Below are positions 16,539-26,502 of a stretch of DNA of 64,000 bases, piece after piece. Source of the DNA: Granulicella sp. (GTDB lineage Bacteria > Acidobacteriota > Terriglobia > Terriglobales > Acidobacteriaceae); the NCBI GenBank assembly GCA_025357875.1, contig JANYLK010000030.1:1066-65065 (forward strand), written 5' to 3'. The position numbers and the translations under genes are program-made. The notes under the pieces are model-generated. The model had not been told where the DNA came from and did no database searches. It saw nothing but the letters and a program-made list of their open reading frames with translations. The stretch's first letter is position 1. The number at the start of each line of letters is the position of its first letter.

Positions 16539-19500
16539 AAGATGAACTTGCCGCTGATTTGAAGCTGACGTGAAGAGCCGCCATCGCTGGTGGCAAAGCG
16601 GGTTGAGGAGATCTGGCCGAAGGTAGAGGATTGCACGTTTCCCGAAGGTTGGCCGAAGTTTGGATGGTTGAGAATATCGAATGCATCGGCGCGAATCGTA
16701 AATGTCAATCCCTCGAAGATCTTCGTCTCCTTCTCACCTGAGAGATCAATGTCTGCGAATCCAGGACCGGTAAAAGCGTTCCGATGCAAGGCACCGAGGC
16801 CGGTATAGGCGCTGGGCGCGGTGGCGGTCGTGGCAGAGGCTTGCGTCCCCTGAATTTGAAGAGAGCACGCCGGAGTATAGTTCGTTATGTCGCAAACTGT
16901 GCCGCCGAAGTTCAAGCCCGTACCCTGGAATAACGTGACGTTGGTTAGTCCAGGCAGTTGCTTCTTCACCCTGGCGATGGGGCCAATCTGGGTAGGACGA
17001 ACTAGGCCGGTCACGCCGTTGTAGCTTGAACTGCCCGCCACAATATTGACCGGATTGCCGGTTTGATACTGGACAATCGTCGACAAGCGGTAACCGGATA
17101 CGAACCGGTTGCCTTTGAATGGCAATGCGTAAATCGCGGTTCCTGCGAAGTGATGGCGCACATCGAAGTCAGACAAGCCATGATTTCCGCGGGGGTTGTT
17201 GCTGTCCGGAAGTACCAGACCGCCTTGCGACCCCAGTGAGTTGAGGTCCATCGACTTCGTCCATTCGTAATTGACGTTGAACTGAAGACCATGACTCATG
17301 TTCTTGCTCAGTACGGCCCACAGCGCGTTGTAGCTCGATTTGCCGATACTGTTTCTCTGGGAGATATTGGAAGCGATAGCCTTACCAGCACCGATCGGGC
17401 TGGTGGCGGATAGGGTCAGGAAGGGATGAACCTGCGTAAGGTTGGTCGCACCTACAGGCCCGACTACCTGGTTAGCGTTGGTCGTAATGAGCAGGTGCCT
17501 ACCGACAGACCCGTCATAGTACAGTGAGCCGACGATACCCCAGGGCAGTGCCTGCTGGATGTTCAAGTTGAAGCTTTCAATGTACGCATTTTTGAAGTGG
17601 GGGTTGACCATACTGATCGCGAGGCCAGCCGCGGCTGCCGAGTTATAGATCGAGGAGACCGGAATCGCAGCGCCGTTATAGGTGACGGCAGTGCTGAATG
17701 GAGGATTGGATCCCAGCGCCGAGACAAATGCAACCGGTTGGTCGACCAGATAGGCATAGCCTCCACGCACCACAGTCTTGCCGTCGCCAAAGGCATCGTA
17801 AGCAAATCCCACTCGAGGCTCGACATTGTAGTTCTGTCCGTATTCAGCGTTGGCCGCCAGACCATTGGTGCCGACACGAGTGAGGGTTACGTTGTCGGTA
17901 TTAAAGATCGCATAGCGGTTTGCACCCTCTACCGGCGTTCCGTTCCACTCGAAACGCAGGCCATACTCGAGCGTAAGAGCGGGTGTCAGTTTGAAGTTGT
18001 CCTGCGCGAATACTCCCAGAGAATCCGCATAGTTGCGGGTCGAGACGGTGTTGGGCTGGATGCTGAAGACGGTGGCCATGTCCTGCTCAAAAAGATTGGC
18101 TTGAGTCTTGGCCTGCGCGTCAGCCGCGTTCACGGTCGAGGTAGTCAGGGACGACGTATAGGTCAGCGAGCCGATGTTAGCGGCGAAGCTGGCAAGGAGG
18201 TAACGACGAAACTCTCCGCCAAACCTGAGGCTGTGCCTGCCTTCGAGCAAGCTCAGCGTATCCGCAAAGACACCAGTGGTGGTGTTTCGTCCCTGCGGGA
18301 AACCCGAAGGGCCACCGAACACCAGTCCAATATCAGACAGCGAGATCTGAGGAATACCGACGGGGCCGCTTAGGCCATCCCCGATATGAACGCTGGTTGG
18401 GTCGATAGGGCTGGCCGGCTGGAAGGCGATGGCGATACGGTTGAAACCCAGGCGCGCTTCATTGACAAGCTTGGAGTTGAAGATATGAGTCTCGCTGAGG
18501 GTGCCTATCTGACGATGCGCGGCGCGTTGATCTCCAAATCCGGGAATGGTGTCACCCTGTAAGGCCGGCTCAGTGCGTTTGTCCTTCTGAAACGCATAGA
18601 AACCATGCAGCGAATCAGTCGGAGTGAATTGATGCGATATGTCCCCGGTGTATTGATCGATCTGCACTGGACCAGGGGTGAACGAAACATAGTTATTTCC
18701 GCTGTTGGGGAGCGGAATGAGTGCCAGAAGGGCGTTCGCCGCAGGCATGTTGGCAGCCGCAATCGCGGCTCGCTGGTTTGGCGAATAAACTGTAACCCCT
18801 GCCGAATTCACAAATGTCGAGGCGCTGTTTGAAAGCACGGTGCTGTTCTGTAGGATGCCTTGGTGCTGACGCAAGCCCTCGTAGCTGAAGAAGAAAAAGG
18901 TGTGGTCCTTCCATACCGGACCGCCTACGGACCCGCCGAAGTTGTTCCGCTTCAGGGGTGCCTTCAGGCTGGGAACGCCAAGCGAGAGGCCGGTCTGCGG
19001 GCTGACCGATCGATTGAAGTAGTTGCGGGCGTCCAGAGCTTCGTTCCGGAAGTAGTCGAAGACTTCGCCATGGAATTTGTTGGTTCCTGAACGCGTGGCC
19101 ACGATAACGAGTGAGCCATCGCTACGCCCGTATTCCGCGCTGAAGGTGGAGTTATTAATCTTGAATTCAGAGGTCGTGCTGATCGACGGCTGAAACGTGA
19201 TTTGATTCTGGCTTATGTCGTTGAGGTTGATGCCATTGATCTGAAAGTTTACGGAGTCTTCGCGATTGCCGGCGGTGATGAAGGAGTTTGCCCCCAGACC
19301 GCGGCTGGCAGAGGTGAGACTGCCCGAGGTCGGAGCAACCACACCTCCGGGCGTCAGCACGGTGAGATCGAGAAAATGGCGGCCGTTCAACGGCAGTTCC
19401 TGGACTGTATTTCTGTCAATCACCTGCCCTACAGTCATGGTCGAAGCCTCGATCTGCGAGGCCGTGCTCTCTACTTGTACGGTCGCACCAGTCGAGGCGA

Positions 19501-19825
19501 GCGCGAGCTTGAGGTTGACTATGGCTTTTGTATCAACATTCAGAGTCACCTTTTCGACCGTCACCAGATTAAATCCCGCAGCCGTAGCCGACACCTTATA
19601 GTCCCCTTGTTGCAACGATGGGGCCACATAAATGCCTGCACCGTCCGTGGACATGATGCGGTCCAGCCCGGTCGCCAGGGAATGCACGACCACCTGCGAA
19701 TTCGGTACAACCGCGCCACTTGGGTCTGTAACGGTTCCCGACAAGGTTGCGGTCGATTGCCCCGCCGCGCTGATGGCGAAGACTGCTGCCATGGCTACCG
19801 GGTAGAGAGATCGGATGAGTTTCAT
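16535..19825 (-). CDS. Oar-like TonB-dependent receptor with N-terminal carboxypeptidase-regulatory-like domain
   Basis: Signal peptide, LSGTVTDPSGAVVP, LPLNGRHFLDL..LTPG, TRSGTNKFHG and a C-terminal beta-strand RQLQISGKFIF. 1096 aa. Confidence 0.9.
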   Translation of the reverse strand: MKLIRSLYPVAMAAVFAISAAGQSTATLSGTVTDPSGAVVPNSQVVVHSLATGLDRIMSTDGAGIYVAPSLQQGDYKVSATAAGFNLVTVEKVTLNVDTKAIVNLKLALASTGATVQVESTASQIEASTMTVGQVIDRNTVQELPLNGRHFLDLTVLTPGGVVAPTSGSLTSASRGLGANSFITAGNREDSVNFQINGINLNDISQNQITFQPSISTTSEFKINNSTFSAEYGRSDGSLVIVATRSGTNKFHGEVFDYFRNEALDARNYFNRSVSPQTGLSLGVPSLKAPLKRNNFGGSVGGPVWKDHTFFFFSYEGLRQHQGILQNSTVLSNSASTFVNSAGVTVYSPNQRAAIAAANMPAANALLALIPLPNSGNNYVSFTPGPVQIDQYTGDISHQFTPTDSLHGFYAFQKDKRTEPALQGDTIPGFGDQRAAHRQIGTLSETHIFNSKLVNEARLGFNRIAIAFQPASPIDPTSVHIGDGLSGPVGIPQISLSDIGLVFGGPSGFPQGRNTTTGVFADTLSLLEGRHSLRFGGEFRRYLLASFAANIGSLTYTSSLTTSTVNAADAQAKTQANLFEQDMATVFSIQPNTVSTRNYADSLGVFAQDNFKLTPALTLEYGLRFEWNGTPVEGANRYAIFNTDNVTLTRVGTNGLAANAEYGQNYNVEPRVGFAYDAFGDGKTVVRGGYAYLVDQPVAFVSALGSNPPFSTAVTYNGAAIPVSSIYNSAAAAGLAISMVNPHFKNAYIESFNLNIQQALPWGIVGSLYYDGSVGRHLLITTNANQVVGPVGATNLTQVHPFLTLSATSPIGAGKAIASNISQRNSIGKSSYNALWAVLSKNMSHGLQFNVNYEWTKSMDLNSLGSQGGLVLPDSNNPRGNHGLSDFDVRHHFAGTAIYALPFKGNRFVSGYRLSTIVQYQTGNPVNIVAGSSSYNGVTGLVRPTQIGPIARVKKQLPGLTNVTLFQGTGLNFGGTVCDITNYTPACSLQIQGTQASATTATAPSAYTGLGALHRNAFTGPGFADIDLSGEKETKIFEGLTFTIRADAFDILNHPNFGQPSGNVQSSTFGQISSTRFATSDGGSSRQLQISGKFIF

Positions 19826-20088
19826 TGGGTCTCCTCTAGATGCGTAAATGCGTTACCGCACTATCCCGGGAGGGACACATGCAAAAGACGAAAGCCAGGT
19901 CGGTGGCAGTCGAGCTAAAATCTCGTAACGATGCGTTCAAGCTATATCAAATATTGAAAACGGAAAAGTCTTTAATTGTCAGCAAGTTGTCATTTTCGCT
20001 GTCGTCGGCGTTTTGTGTAGTGGTACAAACAATACGTTCGATGGCATGTAGGTGAGATGGTTGATAACGACACTTCAAGAGGAGCACC

Positions 20089-21885
20089 ATGACGCGGTCA
20101 CGCCGAGAATTTATTGCAAAAAGCTCACTGGGAATGATGGGGGTTGCAATGTCCGCGAACACCGCGGCCGCCGACCAGACGCCGCTTCCACCAGGCGCTC
20201 CACCTGCCTTTGGAACGTCTGCGCCGGTCGGACCGATGGTGTCAGTGCAGACATTCAGCGAGGCCGAAAAACTGGTGCAGGTAGAGATGACGCCGAAGGA
20301 CCTCATGCAGGCCGCGAGCAATTGGCAGCAATCGCTGGCATCCGTGTATGAGCGCCGGGTTGGACCGCGCAAGCTTCACATCGAGGACACGTTCTCGCCG
20401 GCAACAGTGTGGAATCCTACGCTGCCGGGGAAGGCTAGTGGGCCCGTAAAGGATGAGTTTTCAGTTCGTGCTGATCACGTGCCAGATCTTCCCGCGAAAG
20501 ATGAGGACATCGCGTTCGCGCCGGTCAGTTTACTTTCCGCATGGATCAAGTCGCGACAAATTACTTCGGAGCGGCTCACCAACATCTATCTCAAACGCCT
20601 GGAAACTTTCGATCCACAACTGCACTGTGTGATTACGCTGACGCGTGAGCATGCGCTGAAACAAGCGCAGGCAGCAGATGCGGAGATTGCCGCGGGCAAG
20701 TATCGAGGAGCGTTACACGGAATTCCGTGGGGCGCAAAAGATCTACTCGATACGGCGGGAATTCCAACAACCTACGGCGCGGAGCCTTACCGTCATCGAA
20801 TACCCGAGAAGGATGCAGCGGTGACAGCGCGGCTGAATGAAGCGGGCGCGGTGCTGGTAGCGAAATTGAGTCTTGGTGCGCTGGCGCTGAATGATGTCTG
20901 GTTTGGCGGGCAGACGATGAATCCCTGGCTGCTTGAGGAAGGCTCGTCTGGTTCCAGCGCTGGGCCCGGCGCGGCGGTTGCGGCGGGGCTGGTGGGCTTC
21001 GCGATCGGGAGCGAAACGCAAGGCAGCATCGTGAGTCCGTCCATGCGTTGCGGCGTCACCGGCTTGAGGCCGACCTACGGCCGCGTACCACGCACGGGCG
21101 CGATGACTCTCAGTTGGACCTGTGACAAGCTCGGACCCATGGCGCGATCGGTCGAGGACACGATGCTGGTGCTTCATGCCATCAGCGGGCCTGATACGGG
21201 GGATGTGGCGAGCGTACCCTGCAAGCTGGCGTTTAACGGGGGTGCCGACATTGCCCACCTTCGCGTCGGTTACATTCCTGCATGGATGAAGACAGCACCG
21301 GCAACAGAGGTAGATCGTGCGGCGCTTGAGACCGTGAAGAAACTGGGGATGAAATTGGTTGAGGTTTCGCTGCCGGACTGGCCATACGACTCGCTCAACA
21401 TCATTTTGTTTGCCGAGGCTGCCGCCGCCTTCGAAGATCTAACGCTGAGCCATAAGGTAGACGACTTGAAAATGCAGGTGCCCGATGCCTGGCCGAATAC
21501 GTTTCGCCAATCGCGGTTCTTATCAGCGGTAGATTTTGTGCAGGCCGACAGGTTGCGACGTAAGGTCGCGATCGAGATGGAAAGAGTCTTTTCGGAGGTC
21601 GATTTGCTGCTCGTGCCTTCGCTGCGCGACGAGTTTCTTGTGATCACAAACTTTACCGGTCATCCGTCTCTCACTCTGCGGGCAGGGTTCGTAGAAGTAT
21701 CAGAGGCTCGGAGCGATTGGGCGCCAGATCCAAATAAGCCGACACCAAAGTTTGCGAATCCGAGGCGGGTTCCCCATGGTGTGACACTCGTTGGGCGACT
21801 CTTCGAAGAAGGAACTCTTGCGGAGGCGGGCATGGCGATGGAGCAGGAATTCAACGTGGCAGTAGCGAGGCCTTCGGGCTTCTAG
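20089..21885 (+). CDS. Amidase signature family enzyme with a Tat signal peptide
   Basis: SRREFI twin-arginine motif and GAGGAG RBS. Catalytic motifs GAKDLL, GSSGSSAG and GSETQGSI.SP. Confidence 0.9.
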   Translation: MTRSRREFIAKSSLGMMGVAMSANTAAADQTPLPPGAPPAFGTSAPVGPMVSVQTFSEAEKLVQVEMTPKDLMQAASNWQQSLASVYERRVGPRKLHIEDTFSPATVWNPTLPGKASGPVKDEFSVRADHVPDLPAKDEDIAFAPVSLLSAWIKSRQITSERLTNIYLKRLETFDPQLHCVITLTREHALKQAQAADAEIAAGKYRGALHGIPWGAKDLLDTAGIPTTYGAEPYRHRIPEKDAAVTARLNEAGAVLVAKLSLGALALNDVWFGGQTMNPWLLEEGSSGSSAGPGAAVAAGLVGFAIGSETQGSIVSPSMRCGVTGLRPTYGRVPRTGAMTLSWTCDKLGPMARSVEDTMLVLHAISGPDTGDVASVPCKLAFNGGADIAHLRVGYIPAWMKTAPATEVDRAALETVKKLGMKLVEVSLPDWPYDSLNIILFAEAAAAFEDLTLSHKVDDLKMQVPDAWPNTFRQSRFLSAVDFVQADRLRRKVAIEMERVFSEVDLLLVPSLRDEFLVITNFTGHPSLTLRAGFVEVSEARSDWAPDPNKPTPKFANPRRVPHGVTLVGRLFEEGTLAEAGMAMEQEFNVAVARPSGF

Positions 21886-22057
21886 TACCGTTTCCGACAA
21901 GACCTGAGTGATACACTGAGCCTTGGCTTGGGTACTAGCTCCGCAAGGTCCAGGGTTCATCCCTCCCTTGCACCAGCCCAGACTATTCGCCGGATTTTCC
22001 GGTGCAGGCGCCTCATAACGCCACATCCTAGTTCTCCGAGGTCTCAAAGCAATCCCG

Positions 22058-22348
22058 ATGATTTATTTCCTGGTTGTTCTTCATGTCATCGTCTGTCTGT
22101 TCCTGATCGGCGTAGTCCTTCTGCAGCAGGGCAAGTCGGCCGATCTGGCTGGAGCATTTGGCGGTCAAGGTTCGCAGACGGCCTTTGGTCCACGCGGCGC
22201 AGCCAATCTGCTCACCAAGCTAACTACCTGGAGCGCCATTCTTTTCATGGTGATTTCGATCTCGCTCACTGTCTTGCTCGCGCGGTCCAGCGGCGACCGT
22301 TCCGTTCTCTCGGGAACACCGACGCAGCATACGACGCCCAAGAAGTAG
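22058..22348 (+). CDS. secG: Preprotein translocase subunit SecG
   Basis: Two TM helices flanking [34 protein letters not shown]. Confidence 0.95.
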   Translation: MIYFLVVLHVIVCLFLIGVVLLQQGKSADLAGAFGGQGSQTAFGPRGAANLLTKLTTWSAILFMVISISLTVLLARSSGDRSVLSGTPTQHTTPKK

Positions 22349-22472
22349 CGCCTTCACCGGTCCGTTTCAGCGCCAGAAGACCCTTTCCGGGGGGGCTCCT
22401 TCGTTTAAATCACGAGGGACTAGTACGACTGCCAGGCGCGCTACCCTGCCCAACCAACCAGGCGGACTCACG

Positions 22473-23105
22473 ATGATCCATGAAATCCTCCCCGTCGGCG
22501 TGCTGCAATGCAACTGCTCCATCCTTGGTGACGAGACCTCCGGCGAAGCCATTGTCGTCGATCCGGGCGATGAGATTACTCGCATTCTCGGCATCCTCGC
22601 ACGGCACAAACTGACGGTGAAACAGATTCTCATCACCCACGCGCACATCGATCACATCGCTGGAGCCGCTCGTCTAAAAGCCGTCACTGGCGCGCCAATT
22701 TTCTACAACCAGCTCGACCTTCCGTTGATAAAGATGATGGACATTCAGGCCGGGTGGATCGGGGCACCCACACCCGAGGTTCATCCGCCCGATGACACCT
22801 TGGAGGACGGTCGAGTGATTGCGATCGTAGGACTCTCCGGCAGCATTCTGCATACTCCGGGCCACACCAAGGGCAGTGTCTGTTTCTATATGCCGGAGGA
22901 GAACCTGCTGCTTGCAGGGGACACGCTCTTCGCTGGTTCCGTTGGCCGTACCGACCTACCGGGCGGCGACGGCCGAACACTGATCCGATCCATACAAGAG
23001 AAGCTGCTGGTGTTGCCCGACTCCACTATAGTCGTACCGGGGCATGGTCAAACGACGTCAATCGGCCAAGAACGAGCATTAAACCCGTTTTTTGCGAAGC
23101 ATTAG
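22473..23105 (+). CDS. MBL-fold metallo-hydrolase (glyoxalase II-like)
   Basis: THAHIDH, TPGHTKG, GDTLFAGSVGRTD and PGHG motifs. Confidence 0.92.
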   Translation: MIHEILPVGVLQCNCSILGDETSGEAIVVDPGDEITRILGILARHKLTVKQILITHAHIDHIAGAARLKAVTGAPIFYNQLDLPLIKMMDIQAGWIGAPTPEVHPPDDTLEDGRVIAIVGLSGSILHTPGHTKGSVCFYMPEENLLLAGDTLFAGSVGRTDLPGGDGRTLIRSIQEKLLVLPDSTIVVPGHGQTTSIGQERALNPFFAKH

Positions 23106-23215
23106 TGTGCGTTTATTTTGTTCATCTTAATACATTTACTGAATGTGTTGGATGAGCCAATTCCTGGTAATGTTTATTAGTTGAGTTCATCAAAAATTTT
23201 AGCTAACTAGCCTGT

Positions 23216-24391
23216 TCAAATCTCAGCTATGGCCCTTGATATGCCTGCTTCGAAGTCGTTCAGCGGCCCGATCAGACTGAGCACAACACGCGTTCTCTCG
23301 GACATCCCGTAGAATCCACCGGGATGCAGAACGACACCAAGCTCCCGCACCAATCGCTCCGCGCAGTCGATCTCACCTACACATCCAGGCAGCGACAGCA
23401 CGGCACTCCACCCTGCATCGACCTCAAACAATTGCAGCCGACCGGGCGCTTTATCGGCAATCTGGCGCAGAACAGCCAGGTTTGCTATAGCGCGTTCAAG
23501 TATCTGCGCCTGGATCAGCCCGCGTGCGGCAAGCCACGAAGGCATGGCCAATTGTACCGGCGCGTTCATCGAAAGAAACGTGTCTGCCACAATCTCGAGA
23601 CGACCCAATGCCTCATTGCGCAAGTGATCCGGACCGAGCGTGGCGATCCACGCAGCCTTCATCTGTGGCAAGCCGGCGATCTTGCTCAGGCCGCTGAGCA
23701 CGAAGGTCAATACGGGATGTTCGGCGCACGCGAAGCTACTCGAGGACGTTGATTCTCGAAGCGGGTAATCGAGAAACACCTCATCCACAATCAGTGCGAG
23801 TCCGCGCCGCGCACACAAGGCTTCTAGCAATTCCCTTTCGCGTGGACTGGTCCAGTGGCCGGTGGGATTGTTTGGATGGACGACGATCACCGCCCGCGTA
23901 CGCGGTGTGATTGACCGCTCCAACTCGGCGAAGTCGATCCACCAACCGTGGTCGTAAAACAGCGGATAAGGCCGCAGCCGCACATCGTCGAGGTCGGCCA
24001 GAAAGTCAAACAGAGGATAGCTTGGCTGTGCGACCAGCACCTCGTCGCCAGGATCACATAGCAGGCGAAACAGGAAGCTATAGCTCTCGCTGGTGCTTGT
24101 GGTGAGGACAAGATTGGCCGTAGAGACCTCAGCGCCGTGGTCCGCGTAGTACTTCGAGACTGCCTCGCGCGCAATCGCCAACCCACGCGGGTCGGGATCA
24201 TAGACCAGCGCACGAGCGTCCACCATCGGGCCCAGCAGCGCATCCACATCATAGGAAAACCCACAACGCGTGGGGTTCGATATGGTCAGGTCATAGAGTC
24301 TCCGCCTCGACACATGCGCTTCACGCACCGCCGCAGCGTAACTGCTCTCACTTCGGTCCCACGAAGTGCGCGAAGAAAATCGGGTCACCAT
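23216..24391 (-). CDS. PLP-dependent aminotransferase, class I/II
   Basis: VHPNNPTG, IVDEVF and SGLSKIAG (PLP Lys) motifs. Confidence 0.9.
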   Translation of the reverse strand: MVTRFSSRTSWDRSESSYAAAVREAHVSRRRLYDLTISNPTRCGFSYDVDALLGPMVDARALVYDPDPRGLAIAREAVSKYYADHGAEVSTANLVLTTSTSESYSFLFRLLCDPGDEVLVAQPSYPLFDFLADLDDVRLRPYPLFYDHGWWIDFAELERSITPRTRAVIVVHPNNPTGHWTSPRERELLEALCARRGLALIVDEVFLDYPLRESTSSSSFACAEHPVLTFVLSGLSKIAGLPQMKAAWIATLGPDHLRNEALGRLEIVADTFLSMNAPVQLAMPSWLAARGLIQAQILERAIANLAVLRQIADKAPGRLQLFEVDAGWSAVLSLPGCVGEIDCAERLVRELGVVLHPGGFYGMSERTRVVLSLIGPLNDFEAGISRAIAEI

Positions 24392-24413
24392 TCCATGCTA
24401 GTCGCTGACGCCA

Positions 24414-25811
24414 CTACAGCTTGTATGCCTTCCGCACAAGATTGACTGCCAGGTCCTGCACCACTTCAAACGCCTCAGGTTCGTCAAGTCGATGTTCAGC
24501 AACGAGTCTGGCAAGAAACGCGCAATCGACGCGCCGGGCAACATCGTGCCGCGCCGGAATCGACAGGAACGCGCGCGTGTCATCATTGAAGCCGACAGTG
24601 TTATAGAAACCCGCCGTCTCCATTGCCGTCTCACGGTATCGCATCATTCCCTCAGGCGAATCCAGGAACCACCATGGTGGCCCAAGCTTCACCGATGGAA
24701 AATGTCCGGCGATCGGCGCAAGTTCGCGGGAAAAGGTGGTCTCATCCAGCGTGAATAGTATCAGCGTAAAGTTCGCCTCATTGCCGTACTTCGATAGCAG
24801 AGGACGTAGCGCGCGAACATATTCTGTCGGCGAGGGGATGTCGGCACCTTTGTCGCGGCCAAATTTGTCGTAGACCCCCTTGTTGTAGTTGCGCACCGAA
24901 CCCGGATGGAGCTGCATGGTCAAGCCGTCCTCCACGCTCATCCCTGCCATCTCCGTCAGCATTTGAGCCTGAAAGAGTTCCACATCGCCCGTCTGCATTC
25001 GGCCAGTAAAGATGCGGTGGTAGAGCCGTTCGGCATCCTGCGTCGAGAGGTCCGCGGTGAGGGCCGTCAGGTGGCCGTGATCCGTGGCGGTGGCACCATT
25101 CTTCTTGAAGTATGCACGGCGCGAGCGCAGAGCCATAAGGTAGCCCTTCCAATTTGAGACGTCCTCACCGGCAACCTCGCCCAGCTTTTTCAGGTTCTCC
25201 TGGAAGCCCGTATACTCGGCATCCACTACAGCATCTGGGCGGAACGTCGGCAGAACGCGACCCTTCCATCCAGAGGCTTTGATGGCCTGATGGAATTCTA
25301 GCGAATCGAATGCCGCGTCCGTTGTGGAGAGTGCCTCGATGTTGAAGCGATCAAACAGCGCGCGTGGAAGAAACTCTGACGTCTCCAGCTTCCTTACGAT
25401 GATCTCGTAGTATTCATCCGCATTCGCCGGCGAAAGACGCTCCGTCAGGCCGAAGAGCTGGTCGAACGAGTAATCAAGCCAGAGCCTGGTCGGCGTGCCG
25501 CGAAACAAGTAGTAGTGCTTTGCGAAGATGCGCCACACATCGCGCGGATCAGCGCTTTCTTTGCTATCTACTTGCGGAATTCCCAATGACTCCAGCGAAA
25601 CGCCTTGCGAATAAAGCATTCGGAAGATGTAATGATCGGGCTGAATGAATAGCGCGGCAGGATTTGGGAACGGCTTGTTCTCCGCGAACCAACGCGGGTC
25701 CGTGTGGCCATGCGGTGAGATGATGGGTAGGTCGCGAACGGTGTCATACAGCTTAATTGCTATGGCGCGTGCAGTCGTTTCGGCAGGAAAAAGCCGGTTT
25801 GCATCCAGCAT
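24414..25811 (-). CDS. uxaC: Glucuronate (uronate) isomerase
   Basis: LPIISPHGHTDP, QPDHYIFRML, TDHGH, GPPWWFLDS, GFNDDTRAFLSIPARHD. Confidence 0.95.
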   Translation of the reverse strand: MLDANRLFPAETTARAIAIKLYDTVRDLPIISPHGHTDPRWFAENKPFPNPAALFIQPDHYIFRMLYSQGVSLESLGIPQVDSKESADPRDVWRIFAKHYYLFRGTPTRLWLDYSFDQLFGLTERLSPANADEYYEIIVRKLETSEFLPRALFDRFNIEALSTTDAAFDSLEFHQAIKASGWKGRVLPTFRPDAVVDAEYTGFQENLKKLGEVAGEDVSNWKGYLMALRSRRAYFKKNGATATDHGHLTALTADLSTQDAERLYHRIFTGRMQTGDVELFQAQMLTEMAGMSVEDGLTMQLHPGSVRNYNKGVYDKFGRDKGADIPSPTEYVRALRPLLSKYGNEANFTLILFTLDETTFSRELAPIAGHFPSVKLGPPWWFLDSPEGMMRYRETAMETAGFYNTVGFNDDTRAFLSIPARHDVARRVDCAFLARLVAEHRLDEPEAFEVVQDLAVNLVRKAYKL

Positions 25812-26003
25812 GGGGTCCCTTGCTCCTTTAATTCGTTGCTACTCCGGTGTTTTAAAATCGTCGCTGACGGTGGTACATGAATTCCACAACGCGCAATCCG
25901 GTTTGTGCGCCGACTCGAAAGTTTACTGGGTGGCTTAAGCCGGGTCAAATGACGGCTCGAATCCCGCAAGAGAAAATCTATGCAGAGTTGCACTCGCCGA
26001 CGA

Positions 26004-26465
26004 TCAAAAGGCCTCAGCGGACGCAGCCGCACGTTTCGGCTGATCGAGTAATCCATACCGGACGAAAGTAAACGTCACGGTATAGGTAAGCCATATAACA
26101 AAAGCAAAATCGTAGACCAGTCCAAACCCCTGGTCTGCAAAAAAAATCGAGGCTAGCATTACGACCACACCTGACAAGCCAATCCGCCCCGCGCGTCCAC
26201 GACGTTTCCGCCGCCTACTCCACGGCAAGGTAAGGGCAAAAAGGCATGCGGTGAATGCGATCGTCGCGCCGACTATAAGGGCAATCTTAAAGATTCCCAA
26301 ACCCTCCATTCCGCGATCTAGTTGTGGGTGGTCGGTTGCGAATTCCGGCAAGAATCGCATGCAGGAATAGAAGCCGGCCGCTCCGCCAAGAGGCAGCGCG
26401 GCTGATGCATAGACAATTCGGGCTGGCAAACTGACTGCATTCATCCATTGAGCATAGCGCAGCAT
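26004..26465 (-). CDS. Small integral membrane protein (about 4 TM), possibly the last gene of the hopanoid operon
   Basis: Four hydrophobic segments with a basic RRRKRRGR loop. The start is uncertain (26465 ATG; the ORF extends to 26519). Confidence 0.55.
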   Translation of the reverse strand: MLRYAQWMNAVSLPARIVYASAALPLGGAAGFYSCMRFLPEFATDHPQLDRGMEGLGIFKIALIVGATIAFTACLFALTLPWSRRRKRRGRAGRIGLSGVVVMLASIFFADQGFGLVYDFAFVIWLTYTVTFTFVRYGLLDQPKRAAASAEAF

Positions 26466-26502
26466 TTGCGGACGAGTGGAGACCTGCCGAACGTCGCCAT
26501 CT

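Noticed and set aside
20012-20029. tttgt-N8-acaaa as a GntR operator
   Set aside because: A 5-bp AT-rich dyad is expected by chance, and no second copy was found at the GntR promoter.
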